Assembly: GCF_009914755.1 (NCBI RefSeq)
Contig: NC_060925.1
Reading direction: 5' to 3' (one strand)
DNA from: the human T2T-CHM13v2.0 reference genome, Homo sapiens
DNA length: 64,000 bases
Every line of letters starts with the position of its first letter. Position 1 is the first letter of the stretch. The notes below the pieces were generated by a model that did no database searches, was not told the DNA's origin, and saw nothing but the letters and a program-made list of their open reading frames with translations. This document shows positions 19,900 through 33,100 of the stretch, in pieces. The position numbers were made by a program, and so were the translations under genes.

Positions 19900-19981
19900 A
19901 TGAACTGGATGATTTTGTTCAAGCCTGCAATTTCATACAGGCTCTCTGTGTCAGAGCCACCTTCATCCAAAGACAGTTTTC
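19900..19981 (-). CDS. CACNA1S: CACNA1S exon 9 (82 nt), I-II loop
   Basis: [26 protein letters not shown]; GTGAGT donor. Confidence 0.96.
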
Positions 19982-20152
19982 CTGGAGACAGGAGAGAAAG
20001 AGTCAGCCAGCCTTCGGGGCCCCTCTGGGCTGGACACACCTGGACTGGGCACCCGAGACAAGGGCCCATTGACCAGAGACATCTGCAACAATGGGTCCTA
20101 GGTAGGCCTGGATTGCTTCGTGCTTTCCAGAGACTGAGAGTTCCAAGAGCTA

Positions 20153-20716
<564 letters not shown>

Positions 20717-20961
20717 TCACCCGTCCCCACCCTCCAGGAACATCCTGGAGTACTCCTTGCCCCTTCCTCATTTCTTTCTTCTCATCCATCTCATTGTCTC
20801 CTGCCTTGTTTTGGGGTTCCCCTTGCACATTAGGGGTTAATGACAAGGCAGTCCATTGCCTAACTGAATCAGCCACGGAGCCTCAAATTGGCCATACTGC
20901 CCCAACCCTTCAAACTACCTTAGAAATTTAGTTTTGTACAGACCAAAGGCCTGGGGAAAAT

Positions 20962-21066
20962 TCTCCTTGGACTCCAAGGAACCAGTTGGCATGGCTGGAA
21001 GAAAAGGACCCAAGGCTCCATGAGGGATCTTCAGGCCAGCAGAGGGCAGCCCTGGGCTATGACCAC
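20962..21066 (-). pseudogene. Putative decayed duplicate of the IS6 exon (pseudo-exon)
   Basis: Pyrimidine-rich tract then CAG|GTG; translates VVIAQG...SLME/LGSFSSSHANWFLGVQG versus exon 7 VNDAIG...[20 protein letters not shown]. Confidence 0.5.
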
Positions 21067-21310
21067 CTGCCCCGCAGGGCAGGAGGAAGAAGACAGCACA
21101 GGGGTAGTCTCTGAGGAGCTGCGCCTGGCAGCCAGGAGGGGTTGGCCCACAGGGCAGGTCGAGTTGCCCTGGTCAGGTGGGGTCCAGGGAGGGGCTCTTG
21201 ACCAGTTTGTGCCATGGACCCTTTGAAAGTCCAGTTAAGCCTATGGATCTCTCTTCAGAATAATGTGAAATGCACAAAATAAAACCATAGCATGACAAAG
21301 AAGCCAGTTA

Positions 21311-21634
21311 CAGCTAGGCTTCACTTAATGACTGGGATGCGTTCTGAGAAAGGCATTGTTAGGTGACTTCATCTCTGTGCAGACATCAAGAGCGTACTTG
21401 CACAAACCTAGATGGGAGAGCCGACTACACATCTAGGCTACATGGCATAGCCTATTGCTCCTAGCCTACAAACCTGGACAGCGTGTTACCATACTGCATA
21501 CCGTAGGCGATTGTATCTGTGGATCTAAACATAGCTAAACATAGAGAAGGTACAGTAAAGATACAATCTTAGCGCACCACTGTTGTGGATGCAGCCCGTC
21601 ATTGACTGAAATGTCATCATGCAGCACATGACTG
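21311..21634. mobile_element. Tigger-type DNA transposon (Tigger3/MER7-like) nested in a hAT-like element (about 21195-21960)
   Basis: TA-flanked; terminal CAGTCATGTGCTGCATGATGACATTTCAGTCAA on the minus strand. Confidence 0.7.
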
Positions 21635-22094
21635 TATGTTAAAATATAGTTATCCATACAAAAAAATTGTGATCAAGTAATACATTTGCTTTTTCATTAA
21701 CTCATTAGCAAGATCTAGCTGCAGGTTTTATATCTATCATAATTTCAAAGTATGGAGTAGTTAGTGTAAATACTATTCGCAACAACTGTAATGTGACATG
21801 ATTTCTATTAGGACAAGTCATAGGCCCTGCTAATAGCACTGTGGTTTGTTGCCTATGTTCATTACTAAAGGAAACACTAAATTTCAGTTACAATTGTGAA
21901 AAATAAAGATAAATGTTTCCTATGCAAGTTTACAGACTCCCAGAATTCTATCTATAGACTGCCTGGAAGGAAGCTTCTGGAATGGGATGATACCAATGGG
22001 GAAGAAGGCTGATGGTGACTTCTAGCCTCTCTGCTGTGCTGGGGTGGGTGGAGGGATGACAGCAGGACTGGTCTCAAAGAGAACAGCTCTCATT

Positions 22095-22340
22095 AATAAT
22101 GACCATTAGTATTTAGTGCTTATTTTGTGCTGGACTCTGTTCTAAGTACTTTATATGTATTAACTTATTTAATCCTGACAACAACCCTATGAGATAGATA
22201 CTGAAATAATTCTTAGGTGGCAGATGTGGAAATTAAGGCACAGAGAAGTTAGGTAATTAGGTAAAGCTCACACAGCCACCAAGCAGTAGTGCAGGGATTT
22301 AAATGTGGGCATTCTAGCTCCAGAGTCTGTGTGCTTAACC
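22095..22340. mobile_element. MIR SINE
   Basis: TTTAATCCTGACAACAACCCTATGAG...GGAAATTAAGGCACAGAGAAGTT core. Confidence 0.75.
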
Positions 22341-22624
22341 GAAAGCCCCACCGCCTCTTAGTGCTAAGGCTCCACTTAGGCACCCCCGGGGCCAGGAGGC
22401 TGGAGTTTCAGGGGCTTCACTGAGGAGTGTCAAAACAGAGGGACGGGAGGGGTGAGAATGGGGGAAGACTTGAGGAGGAGGAAAAAGGCAAATTAAAAAT
22501 TGAAGGGCTCCTGTGTGCCTCTCCTCTCTTCCTGCTCACCAGGAAGGAAGCGCTCTTGGCCCAACTGAGATGACAGGGAACCCAGGGATGAGCCGAGGGC
22601 CTGACTCACAGCCCCCTGCCCTGC

Positions 22625-22755
22625 TCCACTCCTTCCTCCTCCTCCCTTCTCTCCTCCTCCTCTCCACTCGCCCCCCACCCCTCCTGTTTCTTTTCCCTCC
22701 GTTCCTTTTCCTTCCTCCTCCTTCTCCCCTCCTCCTCTTTCTCTTTTCTCCCCTG
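22625..22755. repeat. CT-rich low-complexity tract
   Basis: About 130 bp nearly pure C/T, just downstream of exon 7. Confidence 0.85.
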
Positions 22756-22774
22756 GCTACCTTTGAATTTCTTA

Positions 22775-23155
<381 letters not shown>

Positions 23156-23994
23156 CTATCTGCCTCCCTCACTTGATCTCCCTCATAGACTCTATCTCCA
23201 GTTGATTTATTTAAAGCCAAGATTTTTCAAATGAACAACGTCTGTGACCCCGGACAAGTCACCTAACATCTCTGAGCATTATTCCCAACCATCTAATGGC
23301 GATAATGACATGGGCTGTCTCTCCTCACAGGCTTGATACAGAGGTGAAATCATACATGTGACAGTCCTTTGACATTTTAAATAATTTGCTCTCCTAATAC
23401 ACACTTACAATAAATATTTGTACTAATCCTTGGTATTTGCAAAGCATTTGACAGTTTTACAATCCCCCCACCCCCACAATAGGCGGCGTCATATTGTGGT
23501 TAATTCTGGATTGGAGCCAGGGGGATCAGAGTTCGATTCTTGGCTCTGTTGCTCACTAAGTTCTTAACCATGGGCAAGTTACTTTAATCTCTCTGAGCCT
23601 CAGTTTCTTTATCTGTAAAATGGGAGCAATGCCTTCCATCATTGAAGGATGAAATAAGAAATCTAGCTCTTAACAAACACCAAATAAATAATATACTCCA
23701 ACAAAGAAACTCTTACTGGAGTGTTGACTGTGTGCCGGGCACTGTTGTAATTCTCCCACTAACTCTGATATAGACAGTATTATTATCCTTATTTTATAGG
23801 TGAGGAAACTAATATCTAATAATAGTTATATGGGAAAGCAGTCTTGCAGAGGCAAGGAAAAAGACTCAAAGGGCCCTTCGTTCCTCAAAAAGTGTGAAAT
23901 TCTAAGCCATCAGAATTGAGTCACTCACAGCCAGGTTTTTCCTGGTTTCCATTCTTCACCCGCCCCTTGGATCCTGCACAGACATATTGTATCA

Positions 23995-24438
<444 letters not shown>

Positions 24439-25571
24439 TCAGACAACAGTAGTAGGTGGACAACGACAGGAGGAAAGGTGTATAAGAGCAATTTAAGAGA
24501 ATTGAGCAGTAAGCCTAAAGACACTCTGCTGAAAATGCAAAAGACAGCTTCACATGGAGCAGACGGTGACAGTGAAGAGGAATGCCTTGGGCTGAGGATG
24601 GCTACAGGCAGCGGGAATTATGTCTTGGGCCCCTGGGCCTCATGGCAGGGTCGGCTTCTAGGATTAATTGTCCTAAGCAGTGCAACCCATGAAAGAGGAG
24701 TAATCTGAGTGTCATTTGTCCCCACAGAACTTTAAAAAAGAAGGCAGCTGCCTGGCTGGAGCAGGGCTGGAGGTGGAGGGCTCACATGTTCTGACTTGAG
24801 AGTTCTGTCTGGGAGGTGAAATTGGAGAAGCTCCAAAAGCACTGGGCTGAGCTTTACAAGATACCCAGCTGACGGGGCAGGGGTCTGCACTCAGGGGAAG
24901 TTCCCGCCAGGCCCGAGCCTGCACTCTCCTTTGTTCCCCTGGATGATGCTTTCTTGTCTCTAAAATCCTGTACTTCTGATGACATCCTGCATCTCCTTTT
25001 ATCTTAGGATGTTTTACAGTCTCCTTTTGTGTTCAGAGATTAGATTGGCTCATCAGAACTGGAACACCCTGCCTTACCCATATTTATCTATTTACCATGT
25101 AGGCTCAATGCTCTGAAGATGGAAAGGAGAGGACATTGATGGGTCTGTAGGGGCCCTGACCCCATGAAGTCAGAAGCCCCGATCCGAGAGGGGCTTTTGA
25201 GCACTGCTGCTCAGCATTCCTCAAGATCTCATGAGAACACCAGTGAGACCTCCAAATTTGGGTTGAAGGTGTGATCAAAGGTCACCTCCTATCCATCCTG
25301 ATAATGCTTATGATAGCATGTAGATTGTGGTGGTGATGGGAGGAGGCTGAAATGGGAGGGGTCTAGGAATATAATCCCTGAAAGCTGGACCAGAGTTTAC
25401 TCTTGTGAGTTGGGTTTAGGACTGGTGTTGACTGTCCCTTTGTTGTCAGCGGTCATGAGGAGGTGAGTAGAGTCTTCTGAGACACTGAAGGCCTAGAACA
25501 GTTATTCTGGTGAGTTCAATGCCAGGGCTTATGGAGGAGGCTAAGTCCCAGTGAGCTGCTGGCAGGGTAGA

Positions 25572-26090
25572 GCAGCCAGTCTCAGAGTGGGACCCGAGAT
25601 TCTTTCAGAGTGTCGGCCTGACCAAAATGATTTTCACAATACTGCTGAGACGTTAGTTGCCCATCTGTCTCTCATTCTCTCAACAATGTAGACTGGAATT
25701 TTCCAGAGGCTACATGAGTTGTGATTTGGCAGCACACACACACAGAAGTTGATGTGAGAGTCCAGCAGCCTCTATCAAGCCAGGCAGTGAAGAGATTTAC
25801 AAAAAGTGTAAAATAGCGTCACCACTCTTCTCACCAAATATTACTGGTTTTGGAAAAATCTAGTTATTTTTTATTAGAAATATACTATTTATGTTCTCAT
25901 GTCATGGGTTTCTTACTGTTCTTTAAAAGTGAATTAATAAATTAATATTGTGACATGTTCCTCGGTTTTCATTTCTCATACCATGAATATCAACAGATCA
26001 AAACCTATATAAACAAAAGCTCTCTGAGGTCCTCAGTAATTTATATGAGAGAAAAGGGGTCCTGAGGCCAAAAAGTTTGAGAACTGCTGC
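25572..26090. mobile_element. hAT-Charlie-like DNA transposon
   Basis: Ends CAGTCTCAGAGTGGG...AAAAGTTTGAGAACTGCTG; AT-rich interior. Confidence 0.55.
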
Positions 26091-26551
26091 TTCAGCTCAA
26101 ATATATCTGGGCTTCAATGTAGGTTATTTCTGGAAACTCAAAAAATGACTCCATTTGGCTCTTGGGTGTTTTTTCTGAGGTCCCATTCAGACCCTATTCT
26201 GGGTGCCTGCTCTGAGGGTCAGCTCAGACTAAAGCTAAAACTATGCGACAGGAAATGTACACATAGAAATTCAAGCTTATCCCATGCCTATGTCTCCATC
26301 TACCACAGGTCCAGAGAGCCTGGAACATACCACATTGTATGTGGGGTAGGGGGGTGACGGTGTTTCAGAACCAGCCATGGCCCAGGCCCCTGCTCACTTT
26401 CTTGGCTCACTGACTCCAGTAGAGCTGCCCTTCCTCCAAGTCCCCCTTATCCAGGAGAAACCCATTCTCAAGGTCAACAGATGTGGGCGGCAATGGCTGA
26501 GCTCCGGGCTCCTTCACCAGGTAGGGTGGCTCCCCCTTCTGAGCCATCCTA

Positions 26552-27207
<656 letters not shown>

Positions 27208-27823
27208 CTAATGATCTGATCATGCTTATCTGGGGAATTTCACTTAAAAGGATTCTGACATCAAGTTCATACTCAGTGAAAAGAGTATGGTGCTCCACTT
27301 GTGAGGTCTACTTTGGGTGCTGAACGGGGGTGAGGTATGTGTGCCACAGGGACAGTCCCTGGCCCTGGGGCTGAGTACCCCCAACACGGGCTGGAGGTTA
27401 CCTGTACATAGTCAGTGGTGACCCAGAGAAGAAACTCCACAGCAAGTTCTCCCTCTGTGCTTTTCCTCCTGGCTGCACTTTTTGATAATGCCCTTTATTT
27501 TCTTTCCTACTGGCCTCCTCTTCCTCTCTTAATTTACTCAAATTTCCATTATCCTTTGAAGTCTACCTCAAATTCCTTTGCCTCCAAATACTTCTAACGG
27601 CAGAACTCCCTGGGACACATTGCGTATGAAACAACAATGGGCTGTGAGGTACTGCTTTCTGCACTCTATTATTCTGTACGCATTTGTCTTGGCTTCCAAC
27701 CAGGGCAGTTTGTAAAAGGCAGAGGCAGATTCACAGAATTCTTCTATTTTCTCTACTGAGCCAAAAGTAGCACTGGATGGTTAGCAGGTAACCAACACCA
27801 TCCTTACGGAACTGAAGGACAGC

Positions 27824-28040
27824 ATACTGGTTGAGCATGCAGCCTCTGGAGCCGAGACTGCTTTGGCTTGAATCCCAGCACTGCCACCAGCTAGCTGTGT
27901 GACCTTGGGCAAGTTGCTTGACTTTTCTGTTCTTTAGCCTCCTTATTTATAAAATGAGGGAAAACAGGATTGTGGCAAGAATTAAATGAGAGGGTACATG
28001 TAAGCACATATTAAGTGCTTGATAAATGCTATTGTTATCA
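27824..28040. mobile_element. MIR SINE
   Basis: TTGAATCCCAGCACTGCCACCAGCTAGCTGTGTGACCTTGGGCAAG core. Confidence 0.75.
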
Positions 28041-28064
28041 TTACGTGGTAGTTACTCATGGTAA

Positions 28065-28419
28065 TGCTATGGGTAGAGATATGTTCCTTCTAAATTCATA
28101 TGCTGAAGCCCTAACCCCTAGCACCTCAGAATGTGGTTGTATTTGGAGACAGGGTCTTTAAAGAGGTGGTTAAGATGAAACGAAGTTGTTAGGGTGGGCC
28201 CTCATCCAATTTGACTGGTGTCCTTATAAGAAGAGGAACTCTGGACACACAAAGAGACACCAAGGATGCACAGGCACAGAGGAGAGACTGTGTGAACCCA
28301 AACCTGCCAGCATCTTGACCTTGAATTTCCAGACTCCAGAACTGTGAGAAATAGATTCCTGTTGTTTCAGCTTCCCAATCTGTGGAATGTTATTATGGCA
28401 GCCCTAGCAAACTAATACA
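28065..28419 (+). mobile_element. MLT1-type MaLR LTR
   Basis: TGCTATGG...GCAGCCCTAGCAAACTAATACA; near-TSD GGTAA/GGTTA. Confidence 0.85.
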
Positions 28420-28830
28420 GGTTAATAAATGTCCGTTTTTGTGAACCCAAATAACAGGTACTCAATACAGGTCTGTGGAATAAACTAATAAATGACAGAG
28501 GCTGAGAAACTTATGAACATCCAGAAACTGCTGGCCAGTGGAAACATCCATATCATTTCCAAATTTGTGTGATGTGAGGAGGATAATGGAATTTATAGCA
28601 TCTAGCAGGGGAAGGAGATTTGACCTGCGGGCAGGGTCGGGGGCAATGATCCACTCTCCACCAACATGGACAGCTCCCTTGCTGGGCCGGCCTCTAACAG
28701 AGGCTGCTCCATGCAGTGGTTAGCACAATGCTGGAGTCCCACCCCACCTCTAAGATGCTGGTGGTGGTGGCAGTGGGCACACAGTCCTCAGCGAGGGTCT
28801 GACCTTCAGTCTCCCCACACCCAGCTCTCA

Positions 28831-28989
<159 letters not shown>

Positions 28990-30071
28990 TCACAGCATGC
29001 CTCTGTGCTCTCTGAGTGCACCCTTGCTCTCTTCCCTGCAGCCGTGCTGGGTTCCCTGCTGTTGCTCAGGCACGCCCACCTCAGGACGTTTGCACTTGCT
29101 GATGGAATGCCTACCCCCCCACTCCACACCTACATGCCCCCACACTGCCACTCCCTCACTTTCCACAGGTCTTTACTCCAAATTCCTTCACTGAGGCCTT
29201 TTCTGGCCACTAAGTGTAATGCGAGCCATCTCCAGCATTTCATGTTCCTCTCCTCTGCTTAATTTGGTCTTCTTAGCACTTATCCTTAGCTTAAATACCA
29301 TATCTATATATATATTATACATATAAAATCTTGTTCATTATCTATCTTCTCCACTAGAATATAAACTCCATGAAGCATGGGGATTTTTGTCCATTTTTTT
29401 TTCATTACTCGACTTCCAGATATTAGAATGGGTTGAATAAATGAAGGATCTGAGGTACCCAAAATGAAAGTCCCCAGGTGGTTTCTGGCTTTGGCACCTT
29501 TATTCTCTCACCATGCAGGGGATGGATGGTAGGAGACGGGGGTGGATTACTCAGAACTCCAGATGCCTTCCCTTGCTGGGCAGTGTTGCTCTTTAATTCA
29601 TTTTCCTTTAGGGTCCCCTGCCCGTCCCACCTGCCCTCACATTGGCTTCCTTTAGGCAGCCCCTTAAAGGCCGTGACACTATTACGCAGGGTGAGTGGAG
29701 TGTGGGGTACACTGTGTGTGGGGAACACAGGTAAGAAGCTGAGGTTTCAGCTCAGCCCCACCCTGCAGAAGGCCCGGCCGACACTCCAGGACCTGTCCCC
29801 GTAGCCTGATCCTCTGGGTTACCCTATCCTTGGCCCCATCACCTTTCCCCCTCTTCTGGGCCCAGGTGAGAGCTATTTCTAACTGAGGAAGCAAGTCTCT
29901 CTTGTCAGGACTCCAGGCTGAAACTGCTCTCCTTGCAGCCATCTGAACCCTGGCTTGGCAGCTTCTAAGAGCTCTGGCCTCCAGGCCTTCCCAGATTAGC
30001 ACAGCCTCCCGAGGGGGTGCTGACCCAGCCTGCAGTCTAGGCCAGCCTGCAGCACGGCACAGCTCCAGGAG

Positions 30072-30102
<31 letters not shown>

Positions 30103-30170
30103 CATATATATACATATATATATATACACACATACATATGTACGTGTGTATATATATACACACACATACA
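30072..30170. repeat. Compound (GT)n/(TA)n/(CA)n microsatellite
   Basis: Direct inspection. Confidence 0.95.
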
Positions 30171-33100
30171 GATCTATCCTGATTGGTGCTCTCTGGAGTT
30201 ACACAAGGGGGTCTGTACCCCCACAACCCAGCCCCCATCACCATTAGTCTGCAACACTCACACCCATGGAAGCATCTCCTGGGACCAGGGGCCCACCCCA
30301 TCAGCACACTGCGGAGGCGTCATTCATATTCACAGTTCCTTAACTGCGGAGCCAGACTGGGGAACTGGGCACTCCATTAATGATATGGAAGATAATTTAT
30401 TTTTACTTCCAAGTGAGTAGGTATGGGAGGCAAGGGAAGAGGTCCCCAAATGGCTCACTATTGTGGATATGGCTCCAGAAACCTCCAAACTTGTCATTCA
30501 GAGAATTTTCCTGAAAGCATGATTTTCCCCTTCCAGATAGAAGGGAAGACTGCAACATACAAGGACTAGACTTGCTTTTCTTAATTTTGCCCTTCATTCC
30601 TTCTATTAATTTGTGATCCCAAAGCTTTCCCCTTCTTCCAGAAAATGGTAATGTGATGATTAAAATGCAAAGCCATGCCATTCTGTGAAAGGGCCTGTTG
30701 ATGGAGACTGTGCTTGGCACTCTTGGGGAATCGTGGGGCAGCCGCTCCAAGGAGGAGAGCTGCAAAGGGAGGTCTTGGCACCCTCCCTGGCAAGAGGAGC
30801 GGGCTGGAGCAACTATGGAGGGATCTCCCTGGAATTGGGTGAGTGGTCTCCCCTCCTCTGTAGGACAGGTTTCCTGGGAGTCAGGCACACCATTAAGGAA
30901 AAAGTGTAAGGGAGGAGAGTGAAGTCAAGGCAGCATTTACAATTTCAGGTTGCTGCAACCCCAGAGGGATAGACAGAAGTGGGGTTGAGGCAAGGAAAAA
31001 CAGGACCTGAAATAGTTTCAGTGCTCACAGGCTGGGCGGCCAGCCATGAACACCGGAGAACTGCCTGCACCTGCCACTGCCTGTCTGGCTGCGGCCTGGC
31101 TCAGAGAGAGCTTGTCAGGGGCTGTGGGCTTCAGATGAGGTCACTCAGTTTCCTCAGCCTGTTAGCTCCAAGGCCTGCCTCTTTCCACCATACTCCCTCC
31201 AGCCCAACCCTGGAGTGCCTGGAATTAAAACTCAGTACCATACAATCCCTGTGTGTGCACACAGTGTGAGCCCTCGTTCCGGAGGAGAGGGAAAAGGGAT
31301 GTGTCCCCTCTTGCATCATAGGAACAGTGTCATCAATGTCACACTGGGTTGGCTGACAGCCTCTGCAGCCTGGGCTCAGTCTTCCATGGAAAAATGAGGG
31401 ATAGTCATTCCACAGATATTTATTAAGCTCTGGACTGGATGCCCTGGGTAAGACCTGGCTGTCTCCCCAAGATCAAAGTCACCAACCTTCCTAAAACATC
31501 CTAATTTCCTGTGACACCCCCAAGCATCCATCGTGGGCAGGTGGGAGGCAGAAGATGTATGGTGTGACGGTTTTCACCAGCTCTGCTGCTTTGGGCAAGT
31601 TCCTAAGCTTCTGTGAACCTCAGTTTCCTCATTTGTAAATCTGAAATAATGAGAGCTACCTTGAAGAGTCATGGTGAGGATTAAATGGCACCTTGTAAGT
31701 GTCTACCCCTGCCTGGCATGCACCAAATGCTGAATACATCACAGCTATTCTTATGAGACACGTGGGCCCTTGGTGAAGGTCTGTTTTCTGCCTACACTGT
31801 GTTCTATTGGTTTCCATTATGTTCTATTGGTTTTCACAGAGCTGTTGTTTGATGTCATGTCTGTGGGTGGTCACCAGGGCTTGGCTTCGACCCACCTCAC
31901 ACTCAGTATGTTTGAAACGGAACTCCTTCTCCTGATAAACCTGCTCTTTTTCATGTGTCGCTGTCTCAGCCAAAGGCACTCAGTGGCCCAAGCCAGAAAC
32001 CTCCAGGGTCTTTCTGGACTCCTCCTCCCTCTTGCTCTCCCCGGGTCCCAGTGTCCAGCAGGTCCGGGCCATTCCACCCCTACCGTCTCCTGCATCCAGC
32101 TCCTCCTCTTCGACTGCCCCTGCCATTGATTGCTCTCCCCTGCCTGCAGTGGTCCACCGCCACCCACGTCTCCTCCCCCGAGCCCTTCTCCATACAGACC
32201 CGGCTACTGCCTTGCTTGCAAGTCTGCAATGGCTCCACAACACCTACCAGAAAAATCCAAATGCGTTTCCGTGGCATGCAAGATCCTCCATAACATGACC
32301 CTTGCTGACCCCTCTGGCCTCGTCACCAGCCTGCTGGCCACCCCGTCAATCATGTGGAATGACTTTCAGGTCCCCTAGCTCTCTAGCTGCCCCAGCCTCC
32401 ACCTTTGCTCATCCCGGCCCCTCTGCCCAGAGTGTCCCTGAGGCCCACTGTCCAAGTAGACCTCTTGCCTCTTACAACCCTCTGACCCCCCACAGGGAGC
32501 ACCAGCTCTGTGTCCTCACTGTCCCCTATAACCCTGTGCTTCTCTTTGCTGCCTCCTGACAGACCGCAGCTTCCTTGAGGCCACGTCATCCTCACATGTG
32601 TTTCTAACTGTGGGGATTCTCCATGGCTTCTCTGCCCCAAGAACAGGTGACATTCCCCCATCAGTAATAGCATTTGGGCTTGGGGGCCAGGGTCACTCTC
32701 CAAAGAAGCCCTCTCGGAGTTGCTGCTGGTGGTGGGTGAGGGGAGGTTTTATGGCTTGAGAAGGCACCGCCAACTGGTGATTCTGATGCCCTTCCCTTAG
32801 TGACATATGGTCCCCCGACACAGATGAAAATATTTTGGGCTCAGGGCTTCTGCCCTTGCTGTTCTCTCTGCCTGCAATGTTCTTCCCCAGATATCCTCAT
32901 GACTCACTTTTTTCTTTCTTTCAGGGCCCAACTTGAAGGTCACTTTATCACTGAGACCTTCCTGGCTCTCACCCCCCAACTGTCTATCTTCTTAGCCTGA
33001 TTTGTTTTTGTTTTTAGCTGTTGTCAAAACTTGACTCGCTATATATTTGTTAATTTATTTGACCCATCTCTCCTGACCTGAATATAACATCATTGAGAGC

